Shown here: in pieces, positions 1-14,615 of the stretch
Numbering within the stretch: position 1 is the first letter of the stretch
Layout of the letters: each line of letters begins with the position of its first letter
Assembly (NCBI GenBank): GCA_964016885.1
Contig: OZ024744.1
Location: forward strand, 86,800,001-86,864,000
DNA from: Eledone cirrhosa
Taxonomy: Eukaryota
Length of the DNA stretch: 64,000 nt
Reading direction: 5' to 3'
Position numbers and translations under genes: made by a program
The notes under the pieces: model-generated
The model's database searches: none
The model's input: only the letters and a program-made list of their open reading frames with translations
What the model was told of the DNA's origin: nothing

Positions 1-99
1 ATAATACATGTGCAGTAACTAATATTGCTATTTCCTCTATATTATACCAAGTGTTGATGACTGTTGAAGACGCTATTTTTTTCATAAAATAATTCTCAA

Positions 100-215
100 A
101 ATCTACCATGCGTCCTGGAGGCCGAAGGTTGTTTATTATTTTTCTTCAAATTTTTGGGTGTCAAATTTATGGTGCGTCCTCGAGGACGAAGCGTCTTCGG
201 CGCCGGGAAATACGG
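100..215. mobile_element. Right end of a pogo/Tc2-type DNA transposon or MITE
   Basis: Ends in ...CGCCGGGAAATACGG followed by TA (reverse complement CCGTATTTCCCGGCG, a pogo-like TIR). Subterminal GCGTCCT..AGG.CGAAG repeats at ~110 and ~174. Left end not visible. Confidence 0.5.
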
Positions 216-552
216 TATTCATTCGTGATTATTCCAATGCCACCTAATATTATAGACACTTTTTCGTTCTTTTCAATCCTATTATCATTGTTATTTAACA
301 ATATCTATATCATCTGAAAAATAGAAGGAAATACGTATAACCCTATTTCTCTGAAAAATATGTTACGAGTAATTAAAACTATATTTGATTATGAGCAGGT
401 ACACTATAAATTTTAGGTTCCGGGTTCAATCCTCCGAGATCAACTTTACCTTTCGTCTTTGCACAATCGGTAGGATGAAGTATCAGTCAAGAATTGAGGT
501 CAACATAATCGACTTTCCACTCTCCACTAATTCGTGACTTTCTGTCAATGCT

Positions 553-912
553 AGACGTCATGCTTTGTAGCATAGAGTTACGTCTCTTTACGGTCTGAGT
601 TCAAATCCTCTCGAGGTTAACTTTCCCTTTCATCCTAAAGGGGTCGATAAAATAAAATACCAGTAATGCACTGGGATAATTGCTGGCCTTGTGCCAAATA
701 TAGAAACAATTATCATTTTAGATCGGTGGTTTGGCAGTATCGGTAGAAAGTCGGACGCCATGCTTTGCAGCATAGAGTTACGGCCCTTTCCATTCTGAGT
801 TCAAATTCCACCGAGGTTAACTTTTTCTTTCATCCTTACGGGGTCGATAAAATAAAATACCAGTAATGCACTGGGATAATTGCTGGCCTTGTGCCAAATA
901 TAGAAACAATTA
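553..912 (+). mobile_element. Two tandem tRNA-derived SINE copies (553-712 5'-truncated; 724-912 full)
   Basis: A-box-like TGGCAGTATCGGTAG, B-box GAGTTCAAAT, central CTTTCATCCTTACGGGGTCGATAAAATAAA.TACC, tail GGCCTTGTGCCAAATATAGAAACAATT. ATTTTAGATCG is duplicated around the second copy. Confidence 0.9.
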
Positions 913-1321
913 TTATTATTTTAGATCGTGTATTGGATTAGCAAATTTGTTAGAGTTTTGGCCAAAAATGTTCATTTAGTTACAATACTTTTACTTTCAG
1001 AATTCTAAACTCTAGAGGTTTGGTTTTGGGACAATCATCACGTAACGAATCCTTAATATCTACAATTGTACTGTCGTGTTTCAGTAAAGAAAAACAAAAT
1101 GTTACACCCAACAAATTAAAAAATGTTAAAAGGCTGACAATCTAGAGAAACTAGATATAATAACGAAATGGACAAATATCGAACACCAATCTATGAATTT
1201 ACCAATGAAAAGGGACAACATGACAACAATCAAACTAAATCACTATAACAAATCACATTTAACAACACATCAATAGTAATGATAGGTACCCCAAACAACG
1301 AACACTCTAAAATATATATAA

Positions 1322-2136
<815 letters not shown>

Positions 2137-2328
2137 TAAGCGTAGCAGGATGACTTCAATAATGTAGTTTCCTGAAACTCATGTTAAGAAGATATGAAAT
2201 ACAATTTGCATTACCAAACAAAATGTATTGAGTACTCTCTTCCAAAATCGTTTGTAAACTGTAATATTTCAATCTATGAAAAACATATTTGCACGTGTAT
2301 TCATGCAACAGCAATATTATTAATATTG

Positions 2329-2740
2329 CGGTAGAGCGTCGGACAACATGCTTTAAGACATACAGTTACGGCCCTTTACGTTCTCAGTTTAAATCCTGCC
2401 AATGTTAACTTTGCCTTTCATCCTTACGGGGTCGTTACAATAAAGTACCAGTAATGTACTGGGGTCGGTTTAGTTGACGTTCACCTTCCTGTCAAATTGC
2501 TGGCCTTGTGCCTAAAGTAGAAATAATTACTATTATTATAAGTTATTATTATAAGGCGGTGGATTGGCAGTATCGGTAGAGGGTCGGACGTCATGCTTTC
2601 CAGCATAGTTACGTCCCTTTACGATCTGACTTCAAATCCCGCCGAGGTTGACTTTGCCTTTCATCCTTACGGGGTCGATAAAATAAAGTAGCAGTAATGC
2701 ACTGGGTATTTGCTGGCCTTGTGCCTAAAGTAGAACAAAC
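2329..2740 (+). mobile_element. Two tandem SINE copies (2329-2527, 2555-2740)
   Basis: Same consensus as 724-912. TTATTATTATAAG flanks the second copy on both sides. Confidence 0.9.
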
Positions 2741-2756
2741 TTATTATTATTATAAG

Positions 2757-4853
2757 TTGTAGCACTGGCAGCAGAACGGGAGCATTCCCAGTTCTGTGAG
2801 CCGGGGCGTAGTGACGCTGATAAGAAAAGACGAGAACAAAAGGGACACATTAGACAATTTCAGGCCCATAACTCTGCTCAACACAGAGTTTAAGATTTTG
2901 GCCAGGGTGTTAGCGAAGAGGTTGGCGTTTGTTGTTGTGGATTTGGTTGGGGAGGCGCCAACTTGCGCAATCGCAACCAGGTCCATACACGACAACCACC
3001 ACCTGATGCGATACATCGTAGAGAGGGTAGGGTGTTAACCTGGCTTCGGTGGGGCTCTGATCAATTTAGATCAATCGAAAGCATTCGATAGGGTCGACCA
3101 TCGGTACCTGGAGGCTGTCCTCAAGGCGGCTGGCTTTGGCCCCGTCTTTAGAAGCTGGATCGCTGCAATGCACAGCGGCATCTGCCTGGTGGGCAAAATT
3201 AATGGCCACCTCTCGGAACCGTTTCAGGTCTCCCGATCGGTCCGTCAAGGGTGCCCTCTCTCCTCCGTGCTGTACGTATTGGCTCTCGAGCCTTTACTGC
3301 GGAAGCTGGAGCTGTTGCAGGGCATCCCGCTCGAACCGGGACGCGGAAAGGCTGTGTCGGCTTATACGGACGACATCACCGTGATGGTGTCGGACACCTC
3401 AGTAATCGAGGTGGTCGGCAACTTATTGGAGGAATATGAAAGGTTGACGGGAGTAAAACTTAACCCGGAAAAGTCGGTGGGCTTGCAACTCAGCACCTGG
3501 AGAGGCAAGTCCATGCCGTCCAACAGCGTCGTTAGGCGCTGGACGGACGGATCGGTAAAGTTGCTCGGGGTTTGGTTCGGGTCAGACCTCCAGGTGGATA
3601 AGAATTGGGACGAGGTGACGAACAGGGTAGCCAGTCTCACCTAGAGCGGCTCCTCTTCAAATTGTTGTGAGGTATCAGGTTGCACTGGTGAGGCGGTCCG
3701 TCTGCTGCCAGCACCCTCTACGTGGAGGGCTGGGCATCCCATGGCTAATGATGCGCAGACACGCGCTGAAGCTGCGGTATCTCCAGATATTCTGCCTAAA
3801 CGGTGAACAGATGTGGTCGCCGTTTGTCAGACGGGCCTTTCCGCAGCTAGTCTCTTTGACTGAGCTGCAGTCCTGGGTCAAGAAGAGACTGAGACTGGGT
3901 GACTGGCATCTGGAATGTTACCAGGCACTCACTGCCCTCTACCAGGTGGGCAATGCGGTCAGTGGAACTTCCACTCACGAGTTCTATAGAGGATTAGTGG
4001 TGGGGAGTGCGATGACGCACTCGGAGAGGCTTTGGGAGTTGACGAAGTGGACTTAACCAGTCTGTTCCGGAGGACTTTCGAGCCGGGGACGATGGATAAT
4101 TACCAAAAATCCCTGGGTTGGCAGTGCTACCGTTGGGGGGGGGGGGGGCACTGCCGGTTCGAGATAAACTCTACAGGCATGGAAGTGCTATCAGACGGAC
4201 CTGCCCGAGATGCACGCAGAGCGACGAAACCGTTCTGCACGCACTCGTCCAGTGTCCGTGTATTACTGACTTGTGGAGTTATGTCGAACAGCTGTTGTCG
4301 CGTGTAGAACGGATCCGGCTATCGACCGAGTCCATAGTGAAGATCGAGATGCCGCCTTCTTTAGGTCAGGAAGGGCAAGCAATTTTCCTGTCTGGTGGCA
4401 GTAGCGAAAGTGGTTCGATGGTGGACGAGGTTGAAAGGATTGAAGACAGACATTTTTCTCTTAGGCCAATCCCTCATCAACTTCTTCAAGTTTCACTTGG
4501 AAAGGAAGGTGAGGGTGGAGAGAGAAGTGTCCAGTACATTTACTGAAAGGTGGATGAATGTGGCGCGAATGGTCCGTTTGAGTGGGCCTACTCTGGTCAT
4601 GCGCCTGTAGGTCGGTAAATTTGAGGTGGAGAGGGGGGTGCTCTCGAAGCGTCGGGTCGGTCAGGATTGGTGGGGTACCTGAGCGAACCCTGGGTGGTCA
4701 TCCCCCCTATTGGGGAATTTTTCTTGTATTTTTCTTGTTACTTTGTTATTGTTATTCATATTGTTTACTCGATATTTCTGTAAAACCCCACTGTCCCAGT
4801 CTTTTGTATTGTCCCCTATATGTCGGCCCCTGTGGCCAATAAATGAAATCATT
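2757..4853 (+). mobile_element. 5'-truncated, frameshifted L1/Tx1-clade LINE (RT, C-terminal Zn finger, 3' UTR)
   Basis: NFRPITLLNTEFKILA, RQGCPLS, YTDDIT and CPRC..DETVLHALVQC across ORFs 2796-4610. Ends CCAATAAATGAAATCATT followed by (GTA)n. Confidence 0.93.
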
Positions 4854-4902
<49 letters not shown>

Positions 4903-5169
4903 CAGCAGCAGCAGCAGCAGCAAAGAAGGGTGTTTACAATTCATAGACAGACACTGAGTCATATATATGTGGATGTAGTATGTGCAAACTTTCTTACAAA
5001 CATAATATGGTATTTACAAGACAATTAGCTACAGGATTATACTTTCTTATAAAATACACTAAAGAAATATGGTGATTTCATATTTCGTGCCTGGCACATT
5101 CATAACCTGTCTGCCGAGATGCCTAAGGCCTGTATCGCTAAGATTAGTACGGCAGCATATATATAAATG

Positions 5170-5282
<113 letters not shown>

Positions 5283-5352
5283 GTATATATATATACGTAT
5301 ATATATGTAAAATAAATCAAAGAACGCCTACATACTCATACAATTTTTATTC

Positions 5353-5397
5353 GCTGACAATGTTTCATCCATACCGTGGGGCAGGAATCATCAGACC
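5353..5397 (-). ncRNA. Degenerate minimal hammerhead motif in a PLE-like terminus
   Basis: CTGATGA t tcc tgcc..ggta tgga t GAAAC att GTC. Helix I pairing is poor. Confidence 0.4.
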
Positions 5398-6045
5398 TTT
5401 ATAAACAAAAAATATAGTGCTGAGTATAAGCTCTACCAAGCTTAGTCACCAGAACATTAGATATACAGTACATGATAATAAGAGGGAGATTAGAAATGGG
5501 AAGGATGGAGAGAATGTGTAATGGCGTTGTTATTCAACATTGCAGCTACACATGAGGATATAGGCAGATTTTTCCACAAGATGGTAGCTATCCAGCAGTC
5601 ACTACACTTCAAAGGTTACTCGACCAAAGGGAGTTATAAACAATATATAGAGAAACACACAGATACATGCGGACACATACATATACATGAATATATCCAC
5701 ATATATCCCTGAGATAGTGGTACCAACCTCAACCGATGTTGCTCTATGAATAACTGGGACAAACCAATCCGAATGGATTAGACTGATTCAGTATCAGAGC
5801 TATATAATACATTATGAAGAGAGAAGAAATATTAGATATAATTAGTAATAAGATATATCATACCTAAACTGCTTCTATAGTCCCCGACTACGTAGTTTCG
5901 TGGCATATTATGCAAAAACACTATATCATAGAGATATAGAGTTTTTGTGAGGTTCTACCGACTTATCAAGAGGATACCTCATTAAGGGTTTCAAAACACG
6001 TCTGTGATGCGCGAGATTGAATCACAAAAAGATGTTTCTTGACCG

Positions 6046-6109
<64 letters not shown>

Positions 6110-6280
6110 TTAGTTAGTGAACTGTTGGAATAAAACCCGGTAAAACAGACGAAACAATAAAATTACAATAAGCTTATAACGAAAGAATGCATATTAATTT
6201 TCTGTTATTACTGTTGTTGTTGTTGTTTGTGGATGGTAGTATAGTATCAGTGATAGTCATCATCATCATCATCATCATCA

Positions 6281-6311
<31 letters not shown>

Positions 6312-6669
6312 CTTCTTCTTCTTCTTCTTCTTCTTCTTCTTCTTCTTCTTCTTCTCCTCCTCCTCCTCCCCCTCCTCCTCCACCTCCTCCTCCTTTTCCT
6401 GGTCCCTTAGACCCATTGGAGCAACTCTATGGCAAATGGATTTTCCTGCAGTGCCAATTTATATTTTTGTAGACAGTTTATCTAGACATACCCTATCAAC
6501 TATATCTTCTGCTATTTACCGCAATAGAGTGTGATATAGTCGATATTTGGCGGTTATTTCTTGCTCGTCAAGTAACAACTTAAAGCCAGCCAACCTTTAG
6601 TTTAGAGGATGTGAGAATTTATCTTACGAAAATAAATACAAAATAAAACAAGAAAGGGAAATATGGATT

Positions 6670-6811
<142 letters not shown>

Positions 6812-7068
6812 CATATCTATATGTATGTATATGTAAATGTACACGTATGTACGTATGTATATATGCATGTCACTCTGTCTCTTCCCCTCTCTCTCCCTCA
6901 CTCTCTCTTTCTCTTTCTCTCATATATATATATAAGTAGAAGTGGTATTTAATTTTTTGGAAGTCCGACAAACATAAATGTTTATAACTGATTTAGAGTA
7001 CTCAACAATTTACCGGAGTAAATATTCAATGATATTAAATAAATGGAAACTATATTTATAAAACCATA

Positions 7069-7137
7069 TTTATTTTATTATATATATTTCAAGGGTAACC
7101 AAGACAACATTGGTACGCTTTCATCAGATAAAATAAA
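7069..7137 (-). ncRNA. Type-I minimal hammerhead ribozyme (PLE pLTR family A)
   Basis: Helix I TTTATTTTAT/ATAAAATAAA, core CTGATGA, helix II aag..acca..tggt..ctt, then GAAA-T-ATAT-A-TA with a palindromic loop. Confidence 0.8.
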
Positions 7138-7211
7138 ATACAAAGTTTGTTTTATAAATAGAGACATACCCATGAAAATCATACCTTATCGGTTGGAAAT
7201 TCACTGGATAG

Positions 7212-7243
<32 letters not shown>

Positions 7244-7245
7244 TG

Positions 7246-7304
<59 letters not shown>

Positions 7305-7799
7305 ATGCAGAAAGTTCATTAAGTCCGAAGAAAACTGGTGAGGGAACCACCGACACCAGAGTGTATACAATAAGAACAAAGTGGAGATGTTACATAGGAG
7401 ATTACTGCTCAATCCTGGTTACAAATGTTTCTCAAGCAGCTTACTTAAGGTGAAAAATTCTCCATTTTGCGACCCCCGGGGGCTGGTCAGCGAGGTTTGT
7501 CGGCTCTGTATCTGTGAGAGTGTGGAGATCTTCAAGCTTTAAGGAGCGGGTGATTCTGAGTAATTGTATGCATCGTAGGACCCATCTGTTCTCCCATCTC
7601 GCAGGTGGGCACAGCATGAGGGGCCGCTGTTTTCTTTAGTGAGCTGCAGACCCTGACCTGCTACGGTAGCCTCATTACTCGTCCCAGAGCATCAATACCC
7701 TTTTCCCTGCATTTTTGTGAGTGTATTTTTTCATGTGTATATATGTATATGTATGTATTTGTATATGTATATGCATATATATAGATATAGATATAGATG

Positions 7800-7887
<88 letters not shown>

Positions 7888-7917
7888 GTAGAAAAGTGAC
7901 ACACGAGTTGATATATA

Positions 7918-8000
7918 TAAAAAGGAAAATACGGTAAAAAGGAAAATACAGTAAAAAGGAAAAAAATACAGTAAAAAGGAAAATACAGTAAAAAGGAAAA
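7918..8000. repeat. 17-bp minisatellite (TAAAAAGGAAAATACAG) x~4.5
   Basis: Tandem copies read directly from the sequence. Confidence 0.85.
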
Positions 8001-8176
8001 GAATTCTGGAGGGATTTTTTCAGTGTAACATCAAAACATTTATTTATAAAGTGAAGATTTCCACATTTAATCGTGGTACCAGTTTCAGCATTACATGCTT
8101 TTTGAACGGTGGAAGTGCAAGATGCAGTTAAGTTGCATATTTATGCAAATAATAATAAAATTGAGAAGAAAAAAAA

Positions 8177-8325
8177 TATTTACAGACATAGTTCTTGAAG
8201 ATAAGCAGTTCAAAATGTGTTATTATGGCAAGAGTGCTTTTTGCCTCCATCATGGATCAACTAAGCACTCTTGCCATAATAACACATTTTGAACTGCTTA
8301 TCTTCAAGAACTATGCCTGTAAATA
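8177..8325. repeat. Inverted repeat, 63-bp arms, 23-nt spacer
   Basis: 8177-8239 is the reverse complement of 8263-8325 with one mismatch. Confidence 0.9.
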
Positions 8326-8618
8326 ATATTATTATTTCTTTCTCATTACCTTAGCATGTTTCCACTTTACCACCACCCCTTTTTTATTCTTTTTTCTTTT
8401 CACTTCAGAAATCTTGTTTGTAAATAACATTATTCTTTCGTCACCTTTTCCTTAATATGTTCAACATCACCAACATTTTACACCAATACAAATTCCCCAC
8501 TTTGATAATGCATAAAATGCTGAAACCGGTAATAGATAATTATTAAATATATAAATAAATAAATAAATAAATGCCATTGTTAATTGTTACTTCGCACAAA
8601 GTAAAATATTTTAAGTCT

Positions 8619-8820
8619 AAAGTCTGTCTTAAGCCAGAAGGCTCATTTGGCCGGTGCTTATCCCGGTTTCATGGCGTGAAGCGACTGAGAGTACAAGACT
8701 TTCCCCTGGACAGAACGCCAGTCCATCGCAGGGTTACACCTCCAGCTATTGCTGGTACTCATTTTCAGCTGAGTAAACTGCAGCAACGTGAAATAAAGTG
8801 TCTTGCTCAAGGAAACAACA
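8619..8820 (-). mobile_element. CORE-type SINE fragment
   Basis: Minus strand GTTTCCTTGAGCAAGACACTTTATTTCACGTTGCT resembles the CORE domain. Related to 42389-42665. Confidence 0.7.
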
Positions 8821-8841
8821 TATATACTTATATATATATAT

Positions 8842-8976
<135 letters not shown>

Positions 8977-9086
8977 TATATACACACAAAACATGACAAA
9001 ATGAATGGACCTGTTATTTTTCTATAAAAAAAAAATGTTGATTCTGCCATGCTCGTCCCCTCAATTTTTCTAATTTCTCATTGTTT

Positions 9087-9121
9087 CTTCTGATGAAGGA
9101 CTAGCGTCCGAAACGATAAGG
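9087..9121 (+). ncRNA. Candidate minimal hammerhead motif
   Basis: CTGATGA a GGAC tagc GTCC GAAAC gata. Helix II is perfect; helices I and III are weak. Confidence 0.45.
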
Positions 9122-9249
9122 TCCCCTGCCTGCTGTTTCAAGCGATACATTAATATATTCCTTCAATATACTGTACCGTTTGTGTTGTTATTTCTCTTTT
9201 ATCGCTCTATATGGCTCAATACAATAAATGTTTTTTTTTTAGTATTAAT

Positions 9250-9417
9250 AATTGTTTCTGCTTATGACACAAGGCCAGCAATTATCCCAGTCTATTGCTG
9301 GTACTTTACTTTATCCACCCTGTAAGGATGGAAGGTAAAGTTAACCTCGGCGGGATTTGAACACAGACCGTAAAGGGCTCTAACTCTATGCTGCAACGCA
9401 TTGTGTCCGACCCTCTA
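9250..9417 (-). mobile_element. tRNA-derived SINE, 5'-truncated
   Basis: Reverse complement of the SINE consensus. Confidence 0.85.
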
Positions 9418-9542
9418 TAATATTCGATTCGTTTTCAATGAGCAAGAATGATGGGGTCATTCTACTGACATGGCTTAACAATAGGCTGTTTGTATAACTG
9501 CAAACGAATACAATATTATTATTAATATTCGAATATTCGAAG

Positions 9543-9731
9543 GGGGCGGTGGTTTGGTAGTAACGGTAGAGAGTCGGACACCATGCTTTGCAGCATAGAG
9601 TTACGGCCTTTTCCGGTCTGAGTTCAAATTCCGCCGAGGTTAACTTTGCCTTTCATCCTTACGAGGTCGATAAAATAAAGTACCAGTAATGCACTGTGAT
9701 AATTGCTGGCCTTGTGCCAAAAGTAGAAACA
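9543..9731 (+). mobile_element. tRNA-derived SINE
   Basis: Full consensus. TATTAATATTCGAA present on both sides. Confidence 0.9.
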
Positions 9732-10520
9732 AACTATTAATATTCGAAAGACTCAGATTACAATAACATATTCAATATCAATATTATAAGTTGTTATATG
9801 TTAATTCTCGAATAGAACCGTTGAATAGACCTACAGTCGATTTTGATCAAATATCAACTTGAAACTATATCATTTAAATTATTTGTTTAGTAAGGCAGTA
9901 GATTTCCATTTGAGTGATAGACACACTTCGCTGCTATTTCTAGGAGGTTTTGTGATGACATAGTGTTTTACTTATGAAGTAAGCTCTTGTTGTGGCTGTT
10001 TACTTTTAGAACAGCTTTGTGCGTGAAGGACTATAGCTAACATGATTTGGTTCGTAATGTCATATATTCGACTGTAATGTCATAAATTGCGCCATTTGGT
10101 TGTCATTAAATCATTATACGACTTTGAATGGCCATGCGTATATGAGACTATGTGCATTTGTGTATGTGTGTGCGTGTATATGTGTGTGTGTATCTGTATA
10201 GGGAGGGCGATTGTGACTATGTATATGTGTGTATGTATATGTGTTTAATTAGGGTACGCGATTTTATAAATACATCTTTAATTGAAATATACGATAGAAA
10301 AATTCAGACGAAATTTGATGGATGGGAAAAATAGCTACTGATTAAAATATATTCCTTATCGATAATGTAATTTCTGTCGAAATGAGTTATTGACAGGCTT
10401 TATAATAGTGCTATTTAATACTAATGGGTGGCATTTGCACATGCTTCCTAAGGCACATACATACACACATGCACGCTCAAAAACATATAATATAGACATA
10501 TATTTATAGATAAGTATGTA

Positions 10521-10654
<134 letters not shown>

Positions 10655-10850
10655 CATATATATATATATACATTTATCTATCTATATATGTATGTATGTG
10701 TGTATATATATATATATATGTCACAGAAAAAGAGAATCAGTTTTTCGACGAAAGGAATTTATTGGACATATTACAATTGATTGTTTCTCGGGTGACCAGC
10801 TCGAGGCTCGATCGGCCTACCGCATACGGACGCTTTAAGTATCCAACACC

Positions 10851-10901
<51 letters not shown>

Positions 10902-10903
10902 AG

Positions 10904-10936
<33 letters not shown>

Positions 10937-10938
<2 letters not shown>

Positions 10939-11935
10939 TGGTTACATAACAGTTAGTTCACCATACCGAGAACAATTGTTTCACCTTAGCGGATCCTCAG
11001 CTCGTAATGGGCAAAGTTATACGGAACAGGAAGGATAACCTTACGAACGCGCATGCGCAGAAACCGGTCACTTCACATAGGCAATACTAAAATGCGTGCG
11101 AGGTGTGTAAGGGAGATAACTGCGAAAGTCTGAAAAGTTTTTAGTTGATGAGAAAATTATGATGTTACAATGATTCAATCCGGAGCTTTGTAGTTATGCA
11201 ATAGGTGTTTCGAGACGTGTGGACAACGTGTGAAAAATTCATTCTCGTGTTTAAGCAATCACTATTGCGTAATCTCTTTAGAATATTTATTCGTTCGTCA
11301 ATACATAGTCCATACGACGGTTTTCCCCTTGCGTATGGCTTGGACTTATTGATGGCTTTCCATTGAATGGAGTAGTCTATACTTGAGTCCTTGAGGGACC
11401 ATACGTGGCTCGCGAGTTTCGTGGATGAACGTCTGTCCGGGTACCTAAAGGTCGAATGGTGGTACAGGAAACGTTCCTTAAACCGTCCCTCCACCATGCC
11501 CACATAGGTTTTGACCTCCTGTGGTTGGTTTGGTCGGTCGGAAGTGACCAAGGCTTCATAAATTACAGCTGGTGTGTTGCATTGCTGTTGAAGGGGGCAA
11601 GCTTCGGGCTTACGGCAAGAGCACCATGGTGGGGTGTTGTTCCTAGGGCTGCTGGTGATGTGGGCCTTCATGTTCTTAGCGCAGGAGTATCTTAGTTTTA
11701 CTTTGTGTCGGTTAAAGATGGCGCGGTATTTATGACCTATGGGAAAGTGTCAATCTAAGAGGGCTAGAAATGTTTTGCCTACATTGGTTTTAACGTTGAG
11801 TGAGAAGGGAGGAGAGAACCAGATAGTTTGTCTATTGTTGCGCTTTCTTTTCTTATTGCTGTTGTTGATAGTGGGAGAGTAAGTGATAGGTTGTGAGAAA
11901 CCGCTGTTAACTAATGCCGTATTATGGGATCGTCT
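10937..11935 (-). mobile_element. Penelope-like element 3' part (RT C-terminus, Cys linker, GIY-YIG endonuclease, pLTR)
   Basis: WFSPPFSLNVKTNVGKTFL...YSC upstream of ORF 11165-11671, which contains CSCR...CPL...C, VIYEA..TYVG..FKERFLYH..STKLASHVW. Downstream terminus carries an HHR. Confidence 0.9.
10961..11010 (-). ncRNA. Type-I minimal hammerhead ribozyme
   Basis: ccattacgag CTGAGGA t cc gctaa gg t GAAAC AATT GTT ctcggtatgg. Helix I CGAG/CTCG is extended by CCAT/ATGG; the AATT loop is palindromic. Confidence 0.8.
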
Positions 11936-11998
11936 GACAGTGCTGACGTATGTGACTTCTCGCTGAAATTATATTTATATATATATATATATATACAT

Positions 11999-12042
<44 letters not shown>

Positions 12043-12607
12043 TGAGTGTATGTTGGTCATTTTACCTTATCTCATTCCATTAACTGTTTGGCACCCCCAC
12101 CACGTGAAAGGGTGGTAGGATTGATGCCAACCCACACACATTCATTCTTCTAAAGACATCAGCAGTAGAACTAAAGCTGACCTGCCAGCTGACCCCCTAA
12201 CACCAATAAACACAAGGAGGAAATCAGCTGTACTTAACAAAAACAACCACAACAGTCGTGCCTCGGAAAAAAATTTCTATAGAATTTTGACTGAGGAATG
12301 TTCTCACAACTGATCAATGGGAGGTGAGAGTTTCCTATGATGCCAAAATTCGTTTGTTCGAATTCATATGATTCCAGTTCCTCAGAGAAATAACAACCCA
12401 ACCAGGAGCTGGACATATCGGAGTATTGACGGAGTAAGACACTTTAACAACATGTGTATCTGTCTCTACCACACCAATTTGAACTGATTATATATACAGT
12501 AGATGAACAGCTCACGTAGGGTTTGCTCGACGGTTCCAGTTGTAGTTTCAAAAGTAATCCGGAGAAAATAGAAGGATTTAAATGGATACAGTTCAGTAAA
12601 AGGAATG

Positions 12608-12726
12608 TATTGACACGTGTTTCAATAACAGTTATATAACCTGAAAACAGCTGCTATCTACAAAGTATTAATTATGCAGAGACTCAATATTTCAATGTTA
12701 TTTTCAACTATCATTTCATCAGAATA
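12608..12726 (-). ncRNA. Hammerhead ribozyme with extended helix II
   Basis: tatt CTGATGA aat gatagtt...aactgtt att GAAAC ACGT GTC aata. About 92 nt lie between CTGATGA and GAAA. Confidence 0.72.
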
Positions 12727-14079
12727 ATCTCATTGAGAACTTGTTTGGTTTTTATAGAGAATATTAAGAGGGGGGAGTGAAATTAGAAGAATAGTTAAGG
12801 GAGTGTATAGGAATTTTTTGATAGCAGTGGGTAATTAGATTCCCATCTGTTGTTTTGACATTTTTATAGAATACATTATTTGGCGTTGGTTATTTTTATA
12901 GAAGGATTAGAGATAGTAAAGATATGCATGGTTGGTTTTGTGTTTGCACTTAATTAACATACAGACTTAAATTTTTCTTTCAAGTGTGTGTATCCGTTCG
13001 CCCACACATAGATATATGTGTATATATACTTATTTTTAAAAAAAACATACACATTCACACACATACATATATGCACACCTCTACAAATACATACACTCAC
13101 ATACACATACTAACATGCTCATACTTACATACATATATACATGTACATATATATACATATACATATACATATATATATGTACCCACATACGCATTCATGT
13201 ATATACACTTTCATACTCTACTTATCTTCATATACACACATATATAGACACACACATATATACATACATACTCCTGTCTATGTGTATATATATATATATA
13301 TATATATGTATAAATACACATATACATGAATACACATACATTTAATTATAAACATCAAATATATATATATACACTCACTCACTTATTTACTTATTTATAT
13401 ACATTTTCACCTATATACATACATATAGTCGCTTTTAGACACATTCATTATAGCATATTCGCACCTATTCTCACCAGCATATTTATCCATTATTAGTGTG
13501 ATAATTTAAGGTTATTAATAGTACATATATATGTTGAGAAGTGATTGTTTTTATATTTTTCTAACTATATTGAGGATTTGTATAGTTGGGAGGATGTCCC
13601 TCGTTTATGTAATATTCAGCTTGTAGTGGGAAAAAGGGTTTTAGTTCGGTGACGGCAGAATAATGTTCGTGCGATTCTGTTATTAAGCAGTTTCTTCTTG
13701 TGTGTGATTATGTAATAAATCTCAAGATTACATAATTTTCAGAAATTTTGACTCCTGGAAAAGCTTTGGGTTTTAGCTAATTTCTCCCATTTTAGGGTAA
13801 ACTTTTGATCGCTATCCCTGAGTGTCCAAGCTTTTCCTGCTAAAGTTGTTACATTTCTGTGGCTCTGGTGTTTTATTGAGTAAGAATGCCTATATAATCG
13901 AGATTTAAACGATGTTGCTGTTGATCCCACGTAATACCACTCGTTGCCTCCGGATTCAATGGTACACTTATAGATGATATTTTTTTCAAGGCAGTTATTG
14001 CCGAGGGGGCAATATTCTCTATAAAAACCAAACAAGTTCTCAATGAGATTATTCTGATGAAATGATAGTTGAAAATAAC

Positions 14080-14269
14080 TGTTTCTACTTTTGGCACAAG
14101 GCCAGTAATTATCCCAGTGCATTACTGGTACTTTATTTTATCGACCCCGTAAGGATGAAAGGCAAAGTTAACCTCGGCGGGATTTGAACTCAGATCATAA
14201 AGGGGCGTAACTCTATACGTGAAAGCATGGCGTCCGACCCTCTACCGATACTGCCAATCGACCACCCTC
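14080..14269 (-). mobile_element. tRNA-derived SINE with 18-bp TSD
   Basis: ATGATAGTTGAAAATAAC at 14062-14079 and 14270-14287. Confidence 0.95.
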
Positions 14270-14413
14270 ATGATAGTTGAAAATAACATTGAAATATTGA
14301 GTGTCTGCATAATTAATACTTTGTAGATAGCAGCTGTATTCAGGTTATATAACTGTTATTGAAACACGTGTCAATAAATTCCTTTTACTGAACTGTATCC
14401 ATTTAAATCCTTC

Positions 14414-14549
<136 letters not shown>

Positions 14550-14564
14550 GTTTTAATATAGATG

Positions 14565-14615
14565 AGATTCTACAGGACTAGAACTGTTTCATTCTTTAGA
14601 AATCATCAGGGATCT
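14565..14615 (-). ncRNA. Hammerhead ribozyme (mirror of 18742-18792)
   Basis: Same motif in the inverted pLTR. Confidence 0.65.

Noticed and set aside
724-812. tRNA gene suggested by A and B boxes
   Set aside because: No cloverleaf; the boxes are the head of a multicopy SINE.
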